61,017 nt of DNA from a virus. Below the pieces are notes generated by a model, which had not been told where the DNA came from, ran no database searches, and worked only from the letters and a program-made list of their open reading frames with translations. Where the stretch lies: positions 1 to 61,017 of IMG/VR virus record IMGVR_UViG_3300002854_000002; one strand, 5' to 3'. This document shows positions 1-7,704 of this stretch, in pieces (the stretch's first letter is position 1; each line of letters starts with the position of its first letter). A program made the position numbers and the translations under genes.

Positions 1-150
1 AAAAGTATTCAACGAACGCACCTAATTTAACGTGCTTCAATACGCCGGAGATCCGTTGTACGACGTAGGCTAACGATTTGTGCCTCCGCCGTAAAACTTA
101 AAATCCTGCGGTGGGTGACCACCGTACGGGTTCGATTCCCGTCCTCGGCA
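1..150. repeat. Direct terminal repeat, copy 1 (identical to 60868-61017)
   Basis: Base-by-base comparison shows 150/150 identity. The repeat is bounded by the window edges, so its true length could be greater. Confidence 0.95.
97..150 (+). other. tRNA-Leu(UAA) 3'-half-like segment, candidate attP core
   Basis: Anticodon-loop-like CTTAAAA (97-103, anticodon TAA) is followed by TCCTG. Long variable arm GGTGG-GTGA-CCACC (110-123). T arm ACGGG-TTCGATT-CCCGT (126-142). Acceptor 3' strand CCTCGGC plus discriminator A (143-150). No complementary 5' acceptor strand or D arm lies upstream, so this is a fragment, not a gene. It lies 174 bp upstream of the integrase. Confidence 0.7.
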
Positions 151-168
151 TACTTGATTTATCTACGT

Positions 169-190
169 TTAGCCTAGCGCTAAGCCTACG
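169..190 (+). promoter_or_regulatory. Candidate integrase arm-type sites, P' side
   Basis: AGCCTAGC (171-178) and TAAGCCTACG (181-190). The exact 10-mer TAAGCCTACG recurs at 60847-60856. An inverted AGCCTACG lies at 64-71. Confidence 0.35.
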
Positions 191-323
191 GTAAGCACTC
201 GTTAATACGGTACATAACGCTTCGTTAAATACTTATCCTGCGCGGTAGTAACCCGCTGGATCACGCAAATTAGCATCTCATAACCGCGCTTTATTCGTTA
301 ACAAACGAAAATAACGTGGAGGG

Positions 324-1304
324 GTGCTTTTTTGTATGGCTGGCGAACATAAACGTAGGAAGAACACCGTAGCAGTATCCGGCTACAGCGCATCAACCTT
401 GCCCGGCGAGTCCGTATCATTTGACGTAGCTATCGCGACATTTATTCGAAACTGTCAGATCCGCAACTTAACGAAATCGACGATCATATATTACCGCGAC
501 GTGCTCGGTATGTTACAGCGTATGACGGGGGCGTTAGGCGTTGAGAGGCCCGTTGATATTACGCATGATCATATTCACGATTGCGTCCTTGCGAAGCGTG
601 AGGAAGGCGCTGTCGACGCTACAGTGGATAAATATTTACGGGGCTGGCGCGCTTTCTTTAATTTTATGTTAACGGAAGGGTACGTTACTACGAATCCATT
701 CGATCGGGTCGCGAAGATTAAGTCGGAACGGCGCATTATCGAAACGTTCTCGAAGCCGCAGCTTAAAGCGTTATTTGATACGCCGAACAAATCGTCATTT
801 ACCGGATACCGCGATTACGTCTTGATGCTTACGTTATTAGATACGATGATTCGCGTATCAGAGGCGGAGGGAATATTGATTCCGAATATTAACTGGCGCG
901 AACGTAAAATTAAAGTGTACGGTAAGGGGCGCAAGGAGCGCTATGTCCCGTTTCAAAAAACGCTAGAACGGCATCTAAAACAATACATCGAAATACGCGG
1001 CCTCCTTGATCACGATTTCCTTTTCGTTAACATCGATAACACGCCGATGAAGAAGCGGACGATGCAGGAGAATATCGCGGATCACGGCCTAGCAGCGGTT
1101 ATAAAGGGCGTACGCGTGAGTCCGCATACATTCCGCCATACCGGCGCGAAGATGTTCGTAATGGACGGTGGAGATCCGCTGAGCCTGCAGAAAATACTCG
1201 GCCACGCAACGTTAGATATGGTACGGAATTACGTATCCTTATTCGCATCCGATATATCCGAAAAGCACGATAAGCATTCGCCACTAGAAACGTTGTACGA
1301 GTAG
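324..1304 (+). CDS. int: Tyrosine recombinase / phage integrase (XerC/D-like)
   Basis: C-terminal catalytic signature HTFRHTGA...LGHATLDMVRNYV with an upstream conserved Arg region, plus an N-terminal SAM-like domain. SD GGAGG at 318-322. The start may be ATG 336 instead of GTG 324. Confidence 0.9.
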   Translation: MLFCMAGEHKRRKNTVAVSGYSASTLPGESVSFDVAIATFIRNCQIRNLTKSTIIYYRDVLGMLQRMTGALGVERPVDITHDHIHDCVLAKREEGAVDATVDKYLRGWRAFFNFMLTEGYVTTNPFDRVAKIKSERRIIETFSKPQLKALFDTPNKSSFTGYRDYVLMLTLLDTMIRVSEAEGILIPNINWRERKIKVYGKGRKERYVPFQKTLERHLKQYIEIRGLLDHDFLFVNIDNTPMKKRTMQENIADHGLAAVIKGVRVSPHTFRHTGAKMFVMDGGDPLSLQKILGHATLDMVRNYVSLFASDISEKHDKHSPLETLYE

Positions 1305-1317
1305 GAACGCAATTAAG

Positions 1318-1354
1318 CCGTCATCTCTTTGGAGGTGGCGGTTATTTTTTTTTT
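1318..1354 (+). terminator. Rho-independent terminator after int
   Basis: Stem CCGTCATCTC / GAGGTGGCGG (two G-U pairs), loop TTTG, followed by TTATTTTTTTTTT. Confidence 0.7.
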
Positions 1355-1361
1355 ATTTGCC

Positions 1362-1643
1362 CTACGAAAGCTTAGTTTGATCTATCTCATCAGCATCCTC
1401 TCGCTCAAGTATTACTATTTCATAACATGACCTAGGAAATTCAAGTTCCCCCTCGATATCGTCTTCTAGAACGAAAAGATCTTCTTCTAAGTCTAAAAAA
1501 AGAACCTCACCACAATAGTAATCTTCCTCAATATCTTCGGGTACAGCCCCTTCGATTGCAAACACCATTACTTTTAATTTTAGCGCTATAACAAGCTCGA
1601 TTTCCTCGTCTGTAGTAAATATCCTATCTGCCAATCTAATCAC
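1362..1643 (-). CDS. Highly acidic 93-aa hypothetical protein in an AT-rich island
   Basis: Intact ORF, very Asp/Glu-rich, with local GC clearly below the genome average. No recognisable family. Confidence 0.55.
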   Translation of the reverse strand: MIRLADRIFTTDEEIELVIALKLKVMVFAIEGAVPEDIEEDYYCGEVLFLDLEEDLFVLEDDIEGELEFPRSCYEIVILEREDADEIDQTKLS

Positions 1644-1768
1644 CGTCCTTTTCTTAACTATACCGTAGTCTTCCTCTCGTTTTAAATAAAAAATTCATCC
1701 GGAAGTGTACGGAATCCGAATGAGCAGCGTCTGGATACGTATAAGCAAACGGGAAGGAGCTGGCGGTA

Positions 1769-2719
1769 ATGGAAACAGCATTGGAGACAACAACGGAGGT
1801 TAAACGTAGACTGCCGAGGAAACGAGTGCGTATAGTTAAGGTGGTAGTAATTGGAGAGGACGGAACGACCGTAGAGGTTGACGGGAAGGAATGTACGAAG
1901 TGCGGCGAGGTGAAGGCGCTGACGGAGTATCATAAACACACACGTAGTCCGTCGGGGTACAGAGCGGAGTGTATGGCATGTGTACGTCAGTATAGTAGTG
2001 ACCGTTACGTTATTCGCCGCGAGCATATACGAGAGATAAATGCCAAATGGTCCGCAAGCAATCCAGAGAAGGTGGAGGAACGTACACGTAAACATCGCCA
2101 AGCTAACCCGGAGAAATACCGCGAACGGAGGCGTAAGTGGGACGTTGACAATCCCGAAAATAATCGCGCCAAAACCCGCCGCTACCGAGCTATGAAACGC
2201 GCACTACCGTCACGCTGGACCGCCTCAGACGAAGCGAAAATGTGCGAGTGTGCACTTATGCAATCAACCGCTAAAGTACACGTTGATCACGTAATCCCGT
2301 TAGCGTGGGGACACGGTGGGTCATACGTAGGGAATATGATTCCGCTATCATCTACATTAAACGAATCGAAGAACGACGCGCACGTATACGAATGGTTTTC
2401 GCTAAACGCCGAACGCTTCTCACTCGACCGCTCACGTTTCGTCGCCATGATCGCCGTCGTCGCGGAACAGAACGGACTCACTTCGGAGGAGTATCGCGCC
2501 TATTACGATTGGTGTTACGCTAACAAACGATCAGTCGCGCAAACTAAACGCGATAACTCGAAATACGGACGCAAGATTCCGTCTATCGAACTATGGCGCG
2601 AAGCATCCGGCCTTCCGATCCCTATACGTATCGATTTCGGCAAGGAGACGCCAATTAAGCGCCGTGTACAAACGCGGTCCTCGCGTCGAGTAGATACCAA
2701 AGGTGTCGCGTCGAAATGA
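1769..2719 (+). CDS. HNH endonuclease-family protein with N-terminal Cys-rich region
   Basis: HVDHVIPLAWGHGG...NMIPL...NESKND matches the H-N-H motif. N-terminal CTKCG...CMAC. SD GAAGGAG lies 8 nt upstream of the ATG. Confidence 0.75.
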   Translation: METALETTTEVKRRLPRKRVRIVKVVVIGEDGTTVEVDGKECTKCGEVKALTEYHKHTRSPSGYRAECMACVRQYSSDRYVIRREHIREINAKWSASNPEKVEERTRKHRQANPEKYRERRRKWDVDNPENNRAKTRRYRAMKRALPSRWTASDEAKMCECALMQSTAKVHVDHVIPLAWGHGGSYVGNMIPLSSTLNESKNDAHVYEWFSLNAERFSLDRSRFVAMIAVVAEQNGLTSEEYRAYYDWCYANKRSVAQTKRDNSKYGRKIPSIELWREASGLPIPIRIDFGKETPIKRRVQTRSSRRVDTKGVASK

Positions 2720-2728
2720 CGAAACCTG

Positions 2729-2741
2729 TACGATCCTGCTA
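2729..2741 (+). repeat. 13-mer TACGATCCTGCTA, copy 1
   Basis: Exact 13-mer also found at 3384-3396 and 3431-3443, all in the same orientation. Confidence 0.8.
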
Positions 2742-2980
2742 TTCGCTCATTTACGAATTTCCAGTTCGCTGAATCGGCGAATATTGACCGCAGATACCTA
2801 CAAAATCGTCGACCGTAACCCTCTCGTAAATTTAACGACGATTTACCGTTTCCCCCCTCCGGACGCATAAATACACCGGAAAGGACGTAGCGGCGGCAAA
2901 TCGACGTTAATTACACGTAAATAACACGGCACGGGAGGCAGCGGCAGAGTGAGAACTTAAAACGGGAGGTGAGCGTAGGG

Positions 2981-3064
2981 ATGACGCAGGGACCGGTTAA
3001 AACGTGTTTCTTCTATGTACTTAAAATCTTTAAGATCTTAAAGGGATTTAAAATCTTATTTTAA
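2981..3064 (+). CDS. Possible 27-aa peptide MTQGPVKTCFFYVLKIFKILKGFKILF
   Basis: SD GGGAGGTG upstream of ATG 2981. The ORF coincides with a 9-bp-periodic AT-rich DNA repeat, so it may be a DNA element instead. Confidence 0.25.
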   Translation: MTQGPVKTCFFYVLKIFKILKGFKILF

Positions 3065-3383
3065 ATCTTATATTCGCGGAACGTTAGTGACGCTTTCGAG
3101 GGGAGGTTTTCCCCGAAGAAATGATCTTATACCGCTAGATAACGTTATATTCACGTTGATTCACTATGAATCGTCGGGAATTAAGCGTTAATAAGGGCCT
3201 GCCGCGTCATAATCGTCGCTACGCTCCATTCCTTGCCCCATCCGTGAAAGAAAGAGCGGCACGTATGGAATAGTGTAGGGATTAATTAACGCGTATTCTC
3301 TAACGATAAAGCCCGTATATACCGCTAATCCTCGCCATGTTCACGTTGAGTTTTCAGAACTCGTCGCGAACGATCGGAACCTA

Positions 3384-3443
3384 TACGATCCTGCTACGAC
3401 TCTACAACGTAATTGGAAATCGCAAACATGTACGATCCTGCTA
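3384..3443 (+). repeat. 13-mer TACGATCCTGCTA, copies 2 and 3 (47 bp apart)
   Basis: Exact repeats at 3384-3396 and 3431-3443, 50-110 bp upstream of the CDS starting at 3493. Candidate regulator binding sites. Confidence 0.8.
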
Positions 3444-3492
3444 CGCGGTTAATACGCTAGTTAAACGAATTATAAACGAGGAGTTGACGCGA

Positions 3493-3894
3493 ATGAATAT
3501 CGCCGTAACTGTAACGCCAGATTTCCGCATAATAACGGACGAACGGAATTATATCGTCAAGGAACGCTATTTCACCGATCCGACGAAAGCGCCCGGCTAT
3601 AAAGCGGTTGAAGGAACGCCATCTCCGCCTCTACGTGAAACGTGGGATCATCCGCAGCATCAGCATTATTACTCGTTGACGGCGGCAGGTCTGAGTACGG
3701 CTATATCGTTCATCATCGGACGGACTTGTGGTAGGGATGCGGCGACGTTGGCGGAATTGCTCGCGGAATATAATGCGGAATCTACGCGGTTGAGAGCGTT
3801 GGTTGAGCAAGCGTTGACCGGAACGGAGGTGGCGGCGAATGGCAGCGGAAAAGAAACCACGGAAGATTACGAAGGTCCCCAAGAAACCGGCTAA
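3493..3894 (+). CDS. Hypothetical protein (133 aa)
   Basis: ATG 3493 preceded by GAGGAG with 9-nt spacing. The track ORF start at 3337 lies in repeat-containing noncoding DNA. Confidence 0.55.
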   Translation: MNIAVTVTPDFRIITDERNYIVKERYFTDPTKAPGYKAVEGTPSPPLRETWDHPQHQHYYSLTAAGLSTAISFIIGRTCGRDAATLAELLAEYNAESTRLRALVEQALTGTEVAANGSGKETTEDYEGPQETG

Positions 3895-4294
3895 GCCGCG
3901 CATCACCGCCGAGCAGCGCAAGGACTGGCGGACGCTCGCTATTGCGGATTGGAACACGCTAACTTTTACGGAGTATTTCCGCGCAATGAACGAAGAGTAT
4001 TACGGCGTCCCGATCGAAAATTACATGCCAATGCGGAATTGGCGTTTTGAACAGGCGCAGCTCAAACGAGCACTCGACGCACACGGTCCGGAGTTACTCC
4101 GCGCGGCTTGTGACGAAGCGTTCCGTAAACATAGGACGACGCGGCAGTATCCGTTATTAACGGCCGGTTTCGCATGTAGCTACGTGATAAACGGGATTAT
4201 ACCGCGACTCTTGGCGGAGAAGGCGCGGGAAGTAGCGGACAGGGAACGTGAGGAAAAAGAAACGGATTATGACGCGGTGAAGGCGTGGCTATGA
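3839..4294 (+). CDS. Hypothetical protein with basic N-terminus (151 aa)
   Basis: ATG 3839 with SD GGAGGTGG 6 nt upstream. Overlaps the previous ORF by 56 nt in another frame. Confidence 0.6.
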   Translation: MAAEKKPRKITKVPKKPAKPRITAEQRKDWRTLAIADWNTLTFTEYFRAMNEEYYGVPIENYMPMRNWRFEQAQLKRALDAHGPELLRAACDEAFRKHRTTRQYPLLTAGFACSYVINGIIPRLLAEKAREVADREREEKETDYDAVKAWL

Positions 4295-4431
4295 ACGCGC
4301 CGGGCCGTATCGTAGCGAAATTCGTACGCATTGAATGCGACTGCGGCGTCCACATCGTTGATTTCTTCGCGCCGGAATGGAACGATATGAAAACGGGATT
4401 TTTCAAGTGCAACGAGTGTGAGCGGCCGTAA
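4291..4431 (+). CDS. Small Cys-rich (zinc-ribbon-like) protein, 46 aa
   Basis: ATGA start/stop overlap with the upstream gene. Contains CDC...CNEC. Below the ORF-track size cutoff. Confidence 0.45.
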   Translation: MNAPGRIVAKFVRIECDCGVHIVDFFAPEWNDMKTGFFKCNECERP

Positions 4432-4481
4432 GTTTGTCGCGGAGATGATGGCGAATTTTATTACGTAGGGGAGCGGATTGG

Positions 4482-4784
4482 ATGACGGATATCGAACGGA
4501 AATTAACACTACCGCAGTTTAGGCGGATACTTCAGGTCGTCGATAAATATCACAGATTCGGCGGATTAAACGAAGCCAACGTGTACACGATTGAGTCCGG
4601 AGAGAAGGTCGCTGTTTACCGTAACATCAAGTATATCCGACCTCAGTACGACACTAGGACGCGTGACATATTCTGCATCACGTTTGATGAAACGGGATTC
4701 GATTTCCGCGATGACCCCGTTAAGACGATGTATGAACGTATATGCGAATGGCTGGCGTGGGACAAATATTGCGAAATGGATTAA
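4482..4784 (+). CDS. Hypothetical protein (100 aa)
   Basis: Intact ORF in the co-directional early operon. Confidence 0.55.
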   Translation: MTDIERKLTLPQFRRILQVVDKYHRFGGLNEANVYTIESGEKVAVYRNIKYIRPQYDTRTRDIFCITFDETGFDFRDDPVKTMYERICEWLAWDKYCEMD

Positions 4785-4800
4785 ACGAGGAGGCGACGGT

Positions 4801-5688
4801 ATGAGTAAAATTATCGTTATGCAGAAAGCTGGAAGGTCATACGTTAAACTCAGTTCGTACAAAGGGTTCGCCGGTGGTTACGTGATTAACGGTGAGGATG
4901 CGATTCAAGCTCCTGGCGATAAGTCTTACGCAATCGTTGACGGCGAGGTAACCACGCTCGAACGTAAGTTGACGAAATCACGCTCAATTATTGGATATGC
5001 GCTGTACGATCGCTACAAGGACATTACGCAACTTCCGCACGAAACGCCGGTCGATGCGTTCAGCCGAGACGAGGACGGCGACCTATGCGGACCTAACGCG
5101 GAGTTTTATCACGCCGTTTATGACGAGCCGCAGCAGTACCTCGAACCAGTTGAGTTCGAAGTTATCGACCGCGACTGCGAGCCGGTTACGATTCCGCCCT
5201 ACGTGACGATCGAGTTTCCGAATAATATCGCTAAATTTCCGGAGACTCAGCATAAATATCCGTGCCGCATAGGGTCGGAAACCGTGTTCAACTTGCTATG
5301 GGACCGCGTTAAGGCAGCCGTTTCGGAATCCGACGGAAAATACGTCATGGACGATTATAAGTCGATTCAGACGCTAACCGTATCCGAACGTATCGCCATC
5401 CCATACCACGAATCGAAGACGGTCGAATATTACCCGACGCCACGCGCTCGTAAGACAAAGACACGGACTGTTCCGATAAATTGGCGGACAGTTAAAGTAT
5501 TCGAAATCTGCGGACCGAAGTATTCACAGAGCGGAAAAAAGGCGTGTACGTCGGCTGTTCGCGGTGAGAATTACGCGGACCTTCAGACGAAATTAGAAGC
5601 ATATATTCAATCGTTCCTCGTGCAATTAACGGAGGGGAAACGTCTAGTGTGCGAGCATTGTCGCGGTGAGGGCGTTGTTTGCGGATGA
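4801..5688 (+). CDS. Hypothetical protein (295 aa), C-terminal CEHCRGEG motif
   Basis: ATG 4801 preceded by GAGGAGG. The track ORF from 4591 overlaps the previous gene. Confidence 0.6.
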   Translation: MSKIIVMQKAGRSYVKLSSYKGFAGGYVINGEDAIQAPGDKSYAIVDGEVTTLERKLTKSRSIIGYALYDRYKDITQLPHETPVDAFSRDEDGDLCGPNAEFYHAVYDEPQQYLEPVEFEVIDRDCEPVTIPPYVTIEFPNNIAKFPETQHKYPCRIGSETVFNLLWDRVKAAVSESDGKYVMDDYKSIQTLTVSERIAIPYHESKTVEYYPTPRARKTKTRTVPINWRTVKVFEICGPKYSQSGKKACTSAVRGENYADLQTKLEAYIQSFLVQLTEGKRLVCEHCRGEGVVCG

Positions 5689-5861
5689 CGTTAACTCAGG
5701 CGATACACGCTGCAGCGGCCGGGCACACGATCGTATCTAACGCGGGCAAGCGCTATGAACCGGCCGATCTTGCGCCGATATGGCGCGGCATTAACGCGGC
5801 GAGTTTCCGTACGTGTGGGATGACGGAGGGAGAACGGAAGGGAGCGTGGTCAATCGTATGA
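5685..5861 (+). CDS. Hypothetical small protein (58 aa)
   Basis: ATGA overlap with the upstream stop. Confidence 0.45.
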   Translation: MTLTQAIHAAAAGHTIVSNAGKRYEPADLAPIWRGINAASFRTCGMTEGERKGAWSIV

Positions 5862-6208
5862 GACGCGATGGGATAATAGCGAAGTGGGAGCGGTTAAGTC
5901 CACGTGGGCGCGACTCCTGGATAGCGGCCGCCATATTCGGATGGTCGGTGGAGCGCGTCGTGCATGCGGAATACGCTTGGGAACTCGGGGTGTGCGGAGC
6001 GGAGACGATACCGTACTACTCGACGGAGATAGCCGCAGCGTGGTCGGTTGTGGAAGTGTGCGGATCGGAGATAATCGTGCGTAAACGTATTAACGGATTT
6101 ACTTGCCGAGCGTGGTATGATGGGCAGCCCGGACATTTAGCGTGGGGAAGGGCAGCTCCGGAAGCGATCGGGCTTGCGGCGTTACTCGCGAAACTTGCGG
6201 AGGATTAA
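5858..6208 (+). CDS. Hypothetical protein (116 aa)
   Basis: ATGA overlap with the upstream stop. Trp-rich. Confidence 0.5.
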   Translation: MRRDGIIAKWERLSPRGRDSWIAAAIFGWSVERVVHAEYAWELGVCGAETIPYYSTEIAAAWSVVEVCGSEIIVRKRINGFTCRAWYDGQPGHLAWGRAAPEAIGLAALLAKLAED

Positions 6209-6420
6209 CGCGCGGGGTTGTCCGTACGGCCGAGGAGGTAATCCGTGCTGACATCGAAATAGTCCGCTAGAAGTGCTAGTCCGTCAATCGTAGGCTTGCG
6301 TTTGCCTTGCTCATATAGCTGTACGGAACGATCTGTGACGTCTAATAATTTAGCAATATCCGAAGGTTCGAGATTACGTTGTATTCGTAGAGTTCGTAAG
6401 CGAGTTTTAAAATCGGACAT
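6205..6420 (-). CDS. XRE-family helix-turn-helix regulator (71 aa), candidate immunity repressor
   Basis: LRIQRNLEPSDIAKLLDVTDRSVQLYEQGKRKP is a typical Cro/CI-type HTH. SD GGAGG is present. Divergent from an operator-bearing promoter. Confidence 0.85.
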   Translation of the reverse strand: MSDFKTRLRTLRIQRNLEPSDIAKLLDVTDRSVQLYEQGKRKPTIDGLALLADYFDVSTDYLLGRTDNPAR

Positions 6421-6438
6421 TTAATTTCCTCCAGACGG

Positions 6439-6467
6439 TTGACAACGAACAAATAGTTCGTTAGTAT
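6439..6467 (+). promoter_or_regulatory. Rightward promoter TTGACA-17-TAGTAT with an operator filling the spacer
   Basis: -35 TTGACA 6439-6444 and -10 TAGTAT 6462-6467. The 17-nt spacer is the palindrome ACGAAC-AAATA-GTTCGT. Confidence 0.6.
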
Positions 6468-6492
6468 GTAATCAAGACGAACAAATAGTTCG
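6445..6492. promoter_or_regulatory. Two identical 16-bp palindromic operators ACGAACAAATAGTTCG
   Basis: Exact copies at 6445-6460 and 6477-6492, centre-to-centre 32 bp. Confidence 0.75.
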
Positions 6493-6514
6493 CCGATAAA
6501 CGCAACATAACGGA

Positions 6515-6523
6515 ATTATAACA
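6515..6523 (-). promoter_or_regulatory. Extended -10 promoter (TGTTATAAT) for the XRE gene
   Basis: The reverse complement of 6515-6523 reads TGTTATAAT. The transcript would cross both operators before the XRE SD. Confidence 0.5.
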
Positions 6524-6540
6524 CATAGCGCGACCGTAAT

Positions 6541-6680
6541 CCACGCTACATTCACCACGCATCACTCACCGCACCAAACGCCTCCACCTCGCACCTCAAC
6601 GCGATCGCCAAGCCGCCCGGCAAAGCACCGCTCACCGCAATGACCTACGCTACAAAACCTCCGCAAAGATAACCGAAGCA
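6541..6680 (+). other. C-rich, G-poor leader segment (rut-like)
   Basis: Roughly 44 percent C and 16 percent G by hand count over about 140 nt. No ORF. Lies in the leader of the rightward early transcript. Confidence 0.4.
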
Positions 6681-6860
6681 TTAACGTACTCCTTACGTTA
6701 AGCTCACGGTAAAGGATCGCCACTCGATCCTGAATCTAGCGCGAGGCTTTTCGCGTTTAGAATGGACGCAAAGTAAACGGAAATAAAACGCAGCATGAAC
6801 GCTAAAATCCGGAGAGCTGCGATTTGCTATGCATCACAATGAATAGGTGGTGAACATGCG

Positions 6861-7076
6861 ATGAAGTCTATCGGAAATGTACAGTATATCTCTAATTTGG
6901 GATTAGGAATATCGATTGATATGCCATTATTCACGGATTGCGGCAAGTTGTACCTTCGGTCGGATATGTCAGGGGAAATGGTTGAGGTGGTATGGATTGA
7001 GGAAGGAAAATCGGTCGAAACTAAAATTGCTTACGATGTCGGTAAAAGTCACAAGCAAAAATGCGATGCTGAGTAA
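6861..7076 (+). CDS. Hypothetical protein (71 aa)
   Basis: First ORF of the rightward operon, with a GGTGGTG SD-like sequence upstream. Confidence 0.5.
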   Translation: MKSIGNVQYISNLGLGISIDMPLFTDCGKLYLRSDMSGEMVEVVWIEEGKSVETKIAYDVGKSHKQKCDAE

Positions 7077-7117
7077 TTCAATGAATACGGAAATACATGA
7101 GGAGGATTGACGCTAAT

Positions 7118-7318
7118 ATGAAACGCATATCAAACGCAACTCAACGCATTATAACCGCTATTGCAATCGGCGGCCACTTGAAGCGCGTTAAAGACAGCGA
7201 ACTCGCGAACCACATCGGAGGCTTTTACGAATGGGCTTCGATGTGCGGCTATAATCGGCGGCAAGCGGACCGACTTATCGCGTTGTACGAACGAGCTGCG
7301 CGGGGAGTTGTACGATGA
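7118..7318 (+). CDS. Hypothetical protein (66 aa)
   Basis: ATG 7118 downstream of GAGGAGG (7099-7105). Confidence 0.5.
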   Translation: MKRISNATQRIITAIAIGGHLKRVKDSELANHIGGFYEWASMCGYNRRQADRLIALYERAARGVVR

Positions 7319-7473
7319 GAACCGGGCTTAACGTTATTGACTACGCAGATTGTCAGCCGCGCATGTTCTTGGAACTTGCGGATATCGCTCGGGAAAACGA
7401 TCGGCTGCGGCGCTATTGGATTACGAATTATATGCGCGTGAGTACCGCGCAAAACAAGGAGGCGCAACGTTAA
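7315..7473 (+). CDS. Hypothetical small protein (52 aa)
   Basis: ATGA overlap with the upstream stop. Below the track cutoff. Confidence 0.4.
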   Translation: MRTGLNVIDYADCQPRMFLELADIARENDRLRRYWITNYMRVSTAQNKEAQR

Positions 7474-7474
7474 T

Positions 7475-7615
7475 ATGACGTCTCTACTTAAGCGCCTATT
7501 CCACCGCCACGATTACGTCGAGTTTGTCAGCGGCGAAGGGCCGACGGTGCGGATCGTTTGGTATCGCTGTCGAAAATGCGGCAAAGAAACATACGATTGG
7601 GGGCCGTTGAGATGA
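7475..7615 (+). CDS. Hypothetical small Cys-containing protein (46 aa)
   Basis: ATG 2 nt after the previous stop. Contains CRKCG. Confidence 0.4.
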   Translation: MTSLLKRLFHRHDYVEFVSGEGPTVRIVWYRCRKCGKETYDWGPLR

Positions 7616-7704
7616 CGCCGCACCAACGTGAGCAATTCGCGTTAATCATCGGATTTCTATTCGGATTTACGTTAGCTTATACGATATGGGGGTCGCCAAT
7701 ATGA
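7612..7704 (+). CDS. Small hydrophobic peptide (30 aa)
   Basis: ATGA overlaps at both ends. Contains FALIIGFLFGFTLAYTIWG. Confidence 0.35.
   Translation: MTPHQREQFALIIGFLFGFTLAYTIWGSPI

Noticed and set aside
1-150. A complete tRNA or tmRNA gene at the window ends
   Set aside because: Only the 3' part is present (anticodon loop, variable arm, T arm, acceptor 3' strand). The upstream 96 nt contain no D arm and no strand complementary to CCTCGGC.
1682-2101. 139-aa minus-strand track ORF, and similar antisense ORFs (for example 2515-2868, 9688-9984, 28336-28923, 40552-41031, 45576-46028, 50579-50959)
   Set aside because: Each lies wholly inside a well-supported plus-strand gene and has no SD and a skewed composition. 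They are shadow ORFs.
6445-6492. The twin operators as host LexA (Cheo) boxes
   Set aside because: The half-sites match CGAAC/GTTCG, but the spacer is 5 nt rather than the 4 nt of the Bacillus SOS box. A phage-repressor operator is more likely. The box at 32597-32610 has the correct N4 spacing.
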